From NCBI GenBank assembly GCA_031835245.2, contig JAVKOQ020000080.1, positions 124,001 through 188,000 on the forward strand: 64,000 nt of DNA, written 5' to 3'. Of this stretch, positions 40,709 through 51,675 are shown piece by piece (the first letter of the stretch is position 1; every line of letters starts with the position of its first letter). Made by a program: the position numbers and the translations under genes. Below the pieces are notes generated by a model, which made no database searches, had not been told where the DNA came from, and was given only the letters and a program-made list of their open reading frames with translations. The DNA comes from Balamuthia mandrillaris (lineage: Eukaryota).

Positions 40709-41737
40709 GGAGAGAATCATACAGTGAGATGCCAGAAAAAGGGATGACCAACAACTATGCTGCTTATCGACCGTAACAAAAGGAATTCAGACAAAGCAGA
40801 GTAATGATAGGGCTCCGATTTAAGGACCTGAACTAATTGAGGCAAGAACTCGACCAGTTCTCTATCGCTCAAGTCACGCAGACAAGAGACGGCGAACTGA
40901 CGAACTTTTGTGTCCGGAAACCGAACGTCGAGAAGCTCCAACGCGTAGATGTGAGGAATTGGTTCCCATCGACGCAACAGCTTGTGAGCTTCTTCCACAC
41001 AGGATCGCATATTCCACGCCACCGCGAGAAGCACTTTGGAGAGAGCTTGAGGATATTGTCTCATGAGATAGTAGCGATACGCCCAAACCAATTTCTTTTC
41101 TTTACTGTTCATGCAACAGAGAGCATCTGTAGGGGGTAAGCATAAGATAATCAAGAGAAATCACGGTAAGCAATTCAAAGCATATCATTAAGCGTTGAAA
41201 GAAGAAAAAACCTCGTTTGCAGATAGCCTCTAATTGCTTCCTTTCCTGAGGGTCCGGTTCTTTGTCTTCTATTTCTTCCATATCGAGTTTTCCCAATAAC
41301 TTGCTTACTTCTGCCTCCTCCTCTTTCTCTTTTTCTGGTTCTTCCTCTTCTTCCTCGATTTTTTCTTTTTCCATTACGAATGGCTCTGGAATATCATCCA
41401 CAAATATGACAGGTCTTGGTGATGTGGAATCAAACTCAATCACAAGAGCCAAAGACTTGGGGTCCAAATTTGAAACGCAAGTGCCTGTAGACCAGAAGAG
41501 GAGTAAGAAAGAATCAAACGCTACAAGAAAAGACTGGAGAGAGAGAGAGAGAGAGAGAGGGAAAGGGAAAGGGAAAGGGAAAGAGGAAGAGGAAGAGAAA
41601 GAGAAAGAGAAAGAGAAAGGGAAAGGGGAAGAGGAAGAGGAAGAGAAAGAGAAAGAGAAAGAGAAAGAGAAAGAGAAAGAGAAAGAGAAAGAGAAAGAGA
41701 AAGAGAAAGAGAAAGAGAAAGAGAAAGAGAAAGAGAA

Positions 41738-41770
<33 letters not shown>

Positions 41771-41807
41771 AAGAGAAAGAGAGAAAGAGAAAGAGAGAAA
41801 GAGAGAA

Positions 41808-41840
<33 letters not shown>

Positions 41841-43001
41841 AAGAGAAAGAGAAAGAGAGAAAGAGAGAAAGAGAGAAAGAGAGAAAGAGAGAAAGAGAGA
41901 AAGAGTACCAAAAGGATTTTGAGCGGTAGAAGTAGGGGGCCACATGTGAATCTTCCGACGTCCAGTGGCAACAACGCCAGTAAAGTCCACGAGGTTGTAG
42001 TTCACCCATCCTAACGGCACAAACTCAGTATATCCTCCTCTCAACAGCTGCTGAAACTTGGCCAAAGTCCCGCTCTGCTCGCCTAAGCAAGCATAGAATG
42101 AGAAGCAGATGCGGGTTTCGCGTGGAATGTCACACATGCGAACGCTCTCGCACTGCATCCACTCGTTCCAAACAGGTCTTCCACGAACAGGTTGTGTGTA
42201 AATGGGCGGGGCAATGAGCTCGCCGCCGTAGTAAAGGCCAGCTATTACAAAGAGGTTGATGCCTTCTCCTTCGATGTCATTGCGGAAAAACTTGTTGGTG
42301 GCGTAGAGCGCCTGCTTACTAAAGTTCTCCACTCTGCATATCTTAAGCTCGAACTTTTTGGTCACGTCCGCAATGTTGTAACAGTAGTCAAGACGAGTGG
42401 CAAGTCCTAAAGCTTTGTCCGCTTTGATTGAGCAAAATGATTGATGTGCTTGTTCACTCGTCGGCAAACTGTTAAACTGTTATCACCACATAGAGAAAGT
42501 AAGAAAGCATAGTTAGTTAGTTAGCTAGCTAGTGTTCCTTTGCACTATTTTGTTTCTACGAACCCGATTTGCCGCTTTGGATTTAAGAGGCTCATACTCA
42601 ACTAATTCAAACTCGATGACTTGTGATTTGGTGATGCAGTCTCTCACGTATTGAATCGAAGAAAGGGGCACGTTGGTATCAAAAATGTACTCATTGCAGC
42701 GACCCAACTTGACAACGTAGTCTTCAGCACTGAGCGGCACCCATGACACGCTCAAGTCGGTTGGTTGGATGTGCAACAACAAGTCATCCCGAATGACTTT
42801 GAATAGAGTATCATCACGACGACAACGCACTCGATTACGCAGCTGGTGATACCGAAAATGAACCAGGAAAGCGGAGGGAAAGTTGGTAGCGATCGCATTG
42901 CTCGTGATCTCAGCGTTGATCAACCGAACTTTACTTTTTTTTTCCAGTAACTTCGTCACACTTGTGAGAGTAAGGGAGAGTGGTGAGATGCAGTTAAGGC
43001 G

Positions 43002-43048
<47 letters not shown>

Positions 43049-43375
43049 TTACTTTTCAATTTTAGCCCTAAAATAAGCAATTTCTTCCTGACCTTCCAGA
43101 GTTGCAGGCCGTAAAGCAATGCTCGGGATCATTTCAGGTGGTTGAGGTGCCTTTATCCGTTGTTGGTTTAGTATTTAGAAATAGTAGAGGATTGGCAACA
43201 CCGGGGAAAGAAATACCTGCTGGACAATATCAGGTACATTCAACAACCTTTGTCGTTGTGTTTTGATGTCTTCCCAAGCAAAGTGGGCTGGTTGGGCCAA
43301 ATAAGACATGAATAGCCAGGACTCTGCCATCTTTTTTTTTTTTTCGAAAGCGGGTTAACCAAAAAGGAGGAAGAT

Positions 43376-43406
<31 letters not shown>

Positions 43407-44385
43407 CCTCTCCAGGAGTCTTCTCGTAGACCTCGCCGTCATTAGGGGAGTAGGCTATTGCTTTGGTTTCATATTTGATAGCATGTTTCCATTCTTTTCT
43501 TTCTCCTTCGTTGCGGGCAGCAAAGTAGAAATCACCATCGTTGTTGTATATCACGAAGCAATGATCCCTGCCAGTACCTTCTTTGCTTACATTTGATATT
43601 GAAAAACCTGGCTTCAGCGAGATAGTGCCTTGTGGTCTTACATACTTTCGTACATCCTGAAAAAAATTTAAAACAGCATCAGTATTTGAAGAGTGAGAGC
43701 GAGAGAGTGAGAGCGAGAGAGAGCGAGGACTGGGAGCTGTCAGCTGAAGGTGAACAAAATATTCAACTAGAATAATGAGACATACGTTTTCAGGTTTAAA
43801 AAAGTAAAGGTTCTCTCCTTTCAAAATAACCCATTTAGGATTCCAGCTAGCATCAGCAAGAGCCATTTTCAATAAGGGTCCCTCCTTCGTGATATTATGC
43901 CGGCTGAATATATCTTGCTGCAAATTTACAGTGATTAGCACAACAAAAACGAGAACTGAGAACGAATAGGATCATACCTCCTTCTTGATACGGGTTTGGC
44001 TAGCACGAGCCATAGGAGAGGTAAGGCTGCGGGTCCTTCGCAAGCGAGAGGTGGCGCAGTTCTTCGGCACGTGAACCAAACACTCCACATGAGCAGTGAA
44101 GTTGCAGTCGCTGCACTGGACACCCTTAGCCAGACAAAGCAACGTTCCACAATGGCTGCATGTTGTAGGCCAGTAGAAAAATTGGCTCTCAAACCGGTGT
44201 TCGCCTGGTTTCAATGCTGACGAAGGAGTTACAGGAGTAGACGAGGGAGGAGAAGTCGACGAGGGAGGAGACGTAGAAGGGGAAGCGGTAGCTGCTGGGG
44301 ATGATGAGGGCCTTGAAGCGGCCGTCAATGTGCCCCGTGGAGATGGAGACCCTTTACTATTAGTGGCTCCAGAACCCCTTTGCAT
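39463..44385 (-). CDS. Class I phosphatidylinositol 3-kinase with N-terminal C1 and PH domains
   Basis: C1 HRF...CSHC...GVQCSDCNFTAHVECLVHVPKNC; PH ITKEGPLLK...W...LYFFK...ERKEWKHAI; Ras-binding-like region; C2 (GLYYGG...PVWNEW...PLGWVN); helical domain (ALELLD...VRQFAV...FLPQLVQVLK); kinase FKAGDDLR, GIGDRHNDNIM, HIDFG. Confidence 0.95.
41537..41905. repeat. Purine-only (GAGAAA)n-type intronic microsatellite in the PI3K gene
   Basis: Directly visible. Confidence 0.95.
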
Positions 44386-45520
44386 CAGGGAACTTAACAA
44401 GAAACTTCCTTCTTCCTTCTTTGCAAAGTTTCTTTCTTCCTATTCTTCTGGATATTTTTTTGCTCTCTTGCAACGGTAAGACGTCACTTTGGGCTTTGGC
44501 TTGTTTTTTTTTTCTTCTGCAGTCGGTTAGAGGCGTCCTTGCTCCTCCTCTTTTCCGTTCAAATTTCGTTCCTTCTTTCTTCCTGTTTTCTGAATTTCGT
44601 ACGTTTTCTCCTCCTCTTCTTCTTTGAACGAACAAGCCAACCGAGGCGTTGAAAGGCAACAGCAACGAATTACGCTGTAGTCTATCTCTCTTTCTCTCTT
44701 TCTCTCTCGCCTTTCCTCCGCAGCAAGAGAAGGGAGATATTACGTATGCCTGAAGCAAAAATCAAACAAAAAAAGGTTAGCGAGAAAGAAAAAAAAAGGA
44801 AGGCTGAGATGTGTCAACTTCAAAACAAAGGTTTGGAGGGGGTTGGAGAGGTTTGGAAAATTTTTTAAAGATGACGCTCTCTCCTTGAAACAAAAAAAAC
44901 AAAGAAGAAACACCTCCGCTTTGTCCTGTTCCAGAAATAAATCAAGCCAACCAAAAGAAAGACCCTTTTAAATTCCTTTTTAACACAAACAAAAGGGGGA
45001 GAAGTGCCGACACAAACACCACACAAAAAAAGAGAGAGAGATGTGTAGACAACAAATCACATTCACGTAAAACAAACCTCCTTCCTTACGCGCCGCTACC
45101 TTGCCGGCTTTTGTTTTTTTTTTTTTGTCTCCCGCAAAGTGGTTTGATTGAGATAACAACAAACCAGGAAGCTCTCGAGGAGGGAGGAGGAGGAACTTTT
45201 CCTACTCGTCACAACAATCTTTCAAAAAAATAAATAACAAAAACAAACCCACAACAACTGTTCTTCTGCTTCTTTTCCCCCCCGTTCTTGTCACCACCAC
45301 CTTTTGGCTTGGCGAAGAAACTTGACAACTTCTATCGGCGAAAAATGACGTGGCGCATCGATTTCTGCCACAACTATTCGTAAAAATCCAATAAATTAAT
45401 AATTGTTGTTGATATTCGACAATCAACGATGATTGATTTAAATGAGAAAAAATTCAAAGAAAGAAGAATAAATTTTTGAGATAGAAAGAAAGAGGAAGCG
45501 GGGCGGGGGAGGAGAACGGT

Positions 45521-47249
45521 ATGGACTTGGTATCTCGGACGGACACGTTCCTCTACTTTCACAAGAACCCTATCAACCTTCAGCTCTTGGGCTTGTTCTT
45601 CCTGGTGGCAGGCATTGCAGTCGTTCTCATCTTTGGCTGGCGGACGGAGCTGCTTTGTGGCCCCTTCCTCTCCCCCAGCAGCCAAGGAGGTGGAGGTGGA
45701 GCTCTGGTGGCCTCCTCGCAGGGCTATTGCCGCGTCACCAGCACCAACTTTTGGATGTGGAAGGAGAGGTGGTTCAGGCTGGAGAGCGTGGTGGGAGCCA
45801 TCGTCGAGGACAACGCCCAAACCTTTCGAGTTGCGTTGTTGGTACGAAGTGGACCAACACGAACTCAACAACAACAACAGCCACGTTTGAACGACGACCA
45901 AGCACAAGAAAAAGAGGCAGAGAAGGAGATGGAGGAGAAGGAGGAAGAACAAGACGATAACGAAGGGGAATTTTGTTGAAAGAGGAGCAGGAAACTCTGT
46001 TGGAAGAGGACTCAAGGCGGTGGGGAAGCATAAGACCATAGTAGAGTCGGTCCCCTTGACGCATTACTTCACGTTTGGCTATCACAAGAAGAAGCAACTG
46101 GTCGATAAGATCAACCACCTGATCGTATGCATTATCTCTTCTTTTTTTAAAAAGACTCAAGTTTTTCTCACTCATGCTCTTCGCCATTGGCAGTTTGAGA
46201 ACTGGAAAGGCGAACCGGTGGATGAGGATGGCACCCTGCTCAGAGACGAGGTTGACGACTATCGCTGGTATTTTTTCCTTCCTTTTGTACTGCTATCCCA
46301 ACGTTAACGCCAGGTCAAAAGCTGAACTTCTCTCTCTCTCTCTCTCTCTCTCTTGTTGCTCTTATTGCTCTGCTGTGATAACAAGGGTGGTGTGGCCCTT
46401 TGGTTTGATGCTTCTGGCAGTGTTTATGACCACGATGCTCATCTCCAAAAAGGAGGTTTGCTTTCTAGATAAGGATCAAAACCTGGTTCGTTCCTGTTAT
46501 CTTTTCTGTCCTCCTCACTTGTTGCCCTTTCAACGCCACCTAAAGGTGAACATTTACTGTGAAACAGATGGGCATCATTCGCAGCACTGCTTTTGCTCGC
46601 ACAGAGGAGTTTTACTCTCTGTCGGAGATAGCGTTGGTTGAAATACACAGAAACACTCAAGACAGAAAGACCGAATACAAAGTCTTTTTTGAAATTGAAA
46701 CGCCCGTCAAGGCTATCTCTTCTCCGAATTCTATTTCTTTGTCCGCTTCTTCTTCTCTCTGCTGCTTCTGCTTCTCTTTCTTCTCTAGCACCGTCTTCAT
46801 CTGCGTCTTCGTCGTTGACTTCAAGTTCTTCCTCGTCTTCCTTATCAATAGCAACTTCAACTTTGTTTGCTGGCGCTTCTGCTTCTTCCTCATCTTCTGC
46901 CTCTTCTTCATCCTCCTCATCCTCTTCTCCTTCTTCGCCCGCTTTCAGCAGAATGACAAAAGGACTTGGAAAGGTTGCACGGAAGCTTCCTTCTTCCTCT
47001 TCCTCATTATCGTCTGCTTTAACTTCTTCGTCTTCTGGAGGAACATCGTTGCAAGATCATATCATAATCGACATATTGAGCGGATCCGAGCAACAGCACC
47101 TCTCTGCCACCAACAATAAATGGTTGAGCATGTGCGAGCAGAGCTCTTACGACACAGAAGAGCAAGCTCAGAAGGTGGCTCGCACCATTCGTGGCTTTCT
47201 TGGCATTCAGAGCCTCGAGCAGTGGATACAACAGAAAAAGAGTACCTGA
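45521..47249 (+). CDS. Two-TM membrane protein with two PH-like modules, resembling EROS/CYBC1 and related bacterial proteins
   Basis: MDLVSRTDTFLYFHKNP-TM1, module 1 (GAIVED...FRVALL...VPLTHYFTFG...LVDKINHLI), TM2-EVCFLDK, module 2 (YSLSEIALVEI...YKVFF...AQKVARTIRGFLGI). Two frame changes require introns or indels. Confidence 0.55.
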
Positions 47250-47750
47250 AGTGACAGCTTTTTCGGCGTTGTGAATGAATGTGTGCCAGAAGCCAGAGAC
47301 AGCGCTCGTTATACAGGGTTATGTATAACACAACGGGGTGTACACCAACGATGATTGGCGTCAGTTTTAATCGCTCCATTCCCGGCCCTGTGTTCAAAGC
47401 GCTCATGGAGTACGTCATCTTCTTTTTCTTGGTCTTCTATCATCTTCCAGCTTGTAATGCTTTCTCCATTTCAGCGATGCTGCTGTTTCTTGAAGTTTAT
47501 GCTTTAGCTGGAAGCATCTAAGTAACACCGTGAGGCAATGCTGTAGGTTACGAAAGCATGAAGGTTGACAAAACACACTCTCTCCATCCAGTTGGAGCGA
47601 CAGAAGGGGCCGAAGAGGACGAGCAAGGCGTTCCGCCAGCCTCCTCTATCGGTTACTTTTGTGTCGACGCCGTGAAATATTTCTTCGAATTTTTTGGTTC
47701 AAAAAAAATAAGAAAAAAAAATAAGCTGAAACAACAGACTGGCAACAGAG

Positions 47751-48675
47751 ATGGAAGGGAGCGCGCTTACCGGGTGGAAAAAGAGACGGCTCGAAGAAGG
47801 GGCCGAAGAGGACGAGCCAACCTCCTCTGGAGATTGCAGCCCTCCTGAACCGGATGAACAAGAGACGCTCAATGGGCTGATGGAGCGGGTCAGCCAGGAA
47901 AGCTTGCCAGAGTCCGTGCTGGAGCTGATAAAGGACCATCCCCGCCTTCCTTCTCTCCGAGCTTCTTTCCATTCTTCGTCATAAGGCGGAGGAAGAACGA
48001 CAGAAAAAAGAAGCATTCAGTACGTTTTTTTTTCTTCGCATACTTCGATGCGTGTCGTTTAGAAATCTGTTGTTTTGTTAACAAGAACGGGTATTGTGGG
48101 TGTAGGACAAGCCATGCTCTCACAACAGAGTCAAGGCGCTGGGCCTGACATAGAAGTCTCTTCCTCAAACAGAACCGGGCACGGAGCGGTCAAGAGGGTT
48201 TGGCTTTGTGAAAATGGGAAACGAGCAGGCCACCGTAGACGCCATTAAGGGCATGAACGGAATGTTTGTTGGTGGGTGGTGCATACGCGTTCGTCGCTCC
48301 TTCATTCCTGCCGGAACGACTAGCAGTAGTGGCGGTGGACCGCTTTCGCCCTCATCTACTTCTGCGTCTGGATCCGCTGTCTCTTCTCCTGCTTCTTCAC
48401 CCGCTAGACCAGCTCATCGTCTTCCTCCTCATAGTTACCATCCTGTATCGCAACCACAGCAGCCACAACCACAACAATGGAGCTCTCCTCCATCGCATTC
48501 TATGAGCGCCGGACCAGCTCCTGCCACTTCTTCTTTCTCTCATTGGCAATCCGCACCACCAAGCCCTCCTCAGCCCACGACCGCAACACCACAACAGCAG
48601 CATCTTCCTTCCAATGCCCTCCCAAGCTATCGCCCGCGATATCCCGCCGCCACTGCAACAACACCTCCACACTAA
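47751..48675 (+). CDS. RRM-containing protein or fragment with Ser/Pro/Gln-rich tail
   Basis: EPGTERSRGFGFVKM...AIKGMNGMFVGGWCIRV is the RNP1 half of an RRM. No RNP2 half was found, so it may be a pseudogene; start uncertain. Confidence 0.45.
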
Positions 48676-49053
48676 TAATATTCTGCAATTCCTTTTCTCT
48701 TTCCGTATAGGAACGAACGTAATGCCCTTAAACGCCCGAGATGGCCAGAGCGTTGGTGGTTGTCTGCGTTCTTGCAAGGAAAAAAGAAAGAGGGAACAAA
48801 AAGGATACAGAACGATGAATTGCCGGGTGGTCCCCCACCCCAGCACTAGGATCGCTTTGCGGAGCTTCTGCAAGGCCCTTCTCCAATGCATCGATCCAGC
48901 GCAAAAGGACAACGGGAAGTGGCAGAAGACGAAGCAGCAGCAACAAAGAACACATTCTCTTTTCTCTTCTCTCATTCCGCTGCTGCCGTTACCAGTTTAT
49001 TTATTTCATTTTTGCAAAGGACATATTTGGATGTGCACGTTGTGGTATGACGT

Positions 49054-49582
49054 TCACACCAATTGCTTGCTCTTTTTCTTCTTCTTCACCACGTTGACGC
49101 CAACCAAGGCCACCACCACAAGCAAGCCAACCAACACCACCACTGGCACCATCACTTGCCACCACAAGTCATCATTGTTATCGTCATCATCGCTTTGGTC
49201 CACACTGCTTCTGTCATCTGACCCATTGCTCTCAGAGGAAGAAGAGAACGAAGAGGAGGAGGAGGAGGAGTTTCTTGATGGAGAGGAGGAGCTCTCATCT
49301 TCTGAGAAGGCTCTGATGTTCCTCTGCAACAGGATGCCTCTCCCACTGAAGGAGCAAAAGTTAGGAGACTCGTTGCCATCCACATCCACCCAGACCATGC
49401 GGTCTTCAACAACAAGTGGAAGCGGAGAGGAGCTGCCAAACTCCACATCCGTCACATCTACTCTCATCCATCAGAGAGACAGAGAGAGAGAGAGAGAGTC
49501 AACACCCTCTCCACAAGCCCAAGCTGCAGCAATCAACCATTACAGTCGTACCCAACGTGAGTCCTATCCATCTCCTCTTCAT
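49054..49582 (-). pseudogene. Short or collapsed type I membrane protein carrying the family-type TM tail (piece G)
   Basis: Acidic linker + DLWWQVMVPVVVLVGLLVVVALVG + KKKKK matches the family TM signature. The putative signal exon at 49582 appears frameshifted and the conserved DPD domain is absent. Confidence 0.45.
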
Positions 49583-49616
49583 AGATATTTTGAGGCTTTT
49601 TTATTCCGCACAAAAA

Positions 49617-49646
<30 letters not shown>

Positions 49647-49647
<1 letters not shown>

Positions 49648-51102
49648 TGGGCAACAACTGGTTGCTGGAGTATGACACCTACAAAACGGTCCGCATCAGC
49701 GACAGGTTTGTTGTTGGCGCAGCGAAAGGGAGCGAGAGGGGGCTCAGAAGTGGAAACGGCAGAGGTGAGCTAACTTTTTTTGATGTAAGGGCAGCAAGCT
49801 TGGGGCTTTGTATTATTCCTGCGTGCTTTTCATCTTTGTGTACACGGTCCTCTACACTGTCATTTACAACAAGGCCTACTTCGAGTACGAGACCCCTGTA
49901 GGTGCCGTTGCCATCAGCTTATTGCCTTCAACCAAGGTGACTATTTCTGATCCCCCTCGCTAGGAACTCAATCACTGACCTCCCACACTTTGATCAGACA
50001 CGAGAAGCGGCGGTGCCCGACTACTGTTTACCAACAGGAGAGGCGGCCGAGAGGAGTGACAACCATGCTGTTCGTCTGCCATGCCAGCTTTGGGATGAGA
50101 GCGAAGTGGTATCACCTTACGCCAGCGGTGGCGCCAATTCCTTCTTTCTGACTACGCGCGTCGAAGAATATGTGGAGCAACGGCTCTGCCCTCGCGATTC
50201 TTTATCGTGCTCTCACGACCTCCTTTGGAAGCCTCTTTCTACCTCCACTTTCTTCGTTGCTGACATCGAACAGTTCACCGTATGTACAACGCTTTCTTGA
50301 AGGTGAGAGAGGGAAGCGAACGGAGGCAGGTATGTGTTGTGTGTTAAGCCTTGTCTCCAACAGATTAGGGTTCAACATAGTATGCAAGCCCCGCAATTTT
50401 TTGAAGAGTCTCAACACAATGGAGACTATGCTAAGGACAACAGAGGTATGGCTGGCGTTGTGCTAACTGGCCATGGCCCTAATCGACGCATCCTGAAACG
50501 GTTTCCAGTCAATGAAAGCTTTGATGATTTTGACCTACACGACCTTTTGCAGGCCGCTGATGAGATGGACCTTGATTCCCCAAGTTTGTAACGCTCTCAT
50601 TCTCTCCTGTTCTTCTCATCATCTGTCCGCTTTCTCTTATTGCAATTTATTGTCAAAAGTAATGGAAGCTTCAGGGGAGGTTACCTCTTTGCGTACTAGA
50701 GGCGTTATCTTACACGTTGATTTGGCGTTAGTCTTTCCTGCTCCATATTATTGCTCTTGTTCTTGTCGTAGATATTAAAACCAATGTATTCCCTGTTCAG
50801 GTATAACAACATTCGGTGTGATGGAAAATTATCTTGCGCTTTTGGCAAATCGCCACTCTCCTATCGCTACCGCATCTATCACGTACCAGAGGCTGAGGTA
50901 TTTACTTTAGCCCTCTTTCTTGGAAATTGGAACAGTTTGCTAAGCCTATTTCTCATTAGAAAGAGTTAATAGAGACTCATCCTCTAAACGATACTCATCG
51001 CCTCCGCAGAGTTCGCCACGGCATTCTTATGGATTTTCACCAAACAGGTTCATCTTCATTCACATTCATCCTCTCGCTCGCTCTCGCTCGCTCTTTCTCT
51101 TT

Positions 51103-51143
<41 letters not shown>

Positions 51144-51521
51144 CTCTCGTCTTTCTTCACTTGTGCTGTGCCAATTGCTTATCTTGGACTCACGAAAACA
51201 GGAAAGATTGGTCGCTTTTCAATGCAAGTGTTGCTTATTCACTTATGCTCAGGACTCGGAATGATGACGCTTGCCACCGTTTTTGTGGATTTTCTTGCTG
51301 TGTATATGCTACCAAGCAAGTCATTTTACGCTGCCAAAAAGTTTCACTTTTGCTCTGCCAAAGAAATGAAACAAGTGACGGATAAGACAGAGAAGGGAGG
51401 CAAAGAGCACCCGAAAAAGCAAGATGACGGTTCATCCTCTCCAGCAGCACTACCATCATCCCAACCCAGCTTGCGGAAACGCAAACCGAAAAAGAATAAA
51501 ATTCATGACAACGCTGAATAG
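49647..51521 (+). CDS. P2X receptor family ion channel (amoebozoan/algal type), multi-exon
   Basis: N-terminal YxTxK motif (EYDTYKTVRI), TM1 (LGALYYSCVLFIFVYTVLYTVI), FFLTTRV, ADIEQFT, DLD, SLRTRGVIL, RHGI...QTGKIGRFS, TM2 (LCSGLGMMTLATVFVD) and C-terminal YxxxK (FYAAKKF). Confidence 0.9.
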
Positions 51522-51675
51522 AAAGCAAACGTGAACTGCCCTTTATTTTACATGGTGATGAGCTTATCAGCTTGTCCTCTCTAGCGGCAAACCAAAATGG
51601 TTCGTCAGGAGGGTGAGCACACGTGGAGGCAGCCACAAACTCCTCACACTCATGTTAGGTTCCAGCAATGTTGGC

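Noticed and set aside
47600..47820. Roughly 23-nt direct repeat AGAAGGGGCCGAAGAGGACGAGC
   Set aside because: Only two copies, with no array or element structure; probably a local duplication near the RRM fragment.
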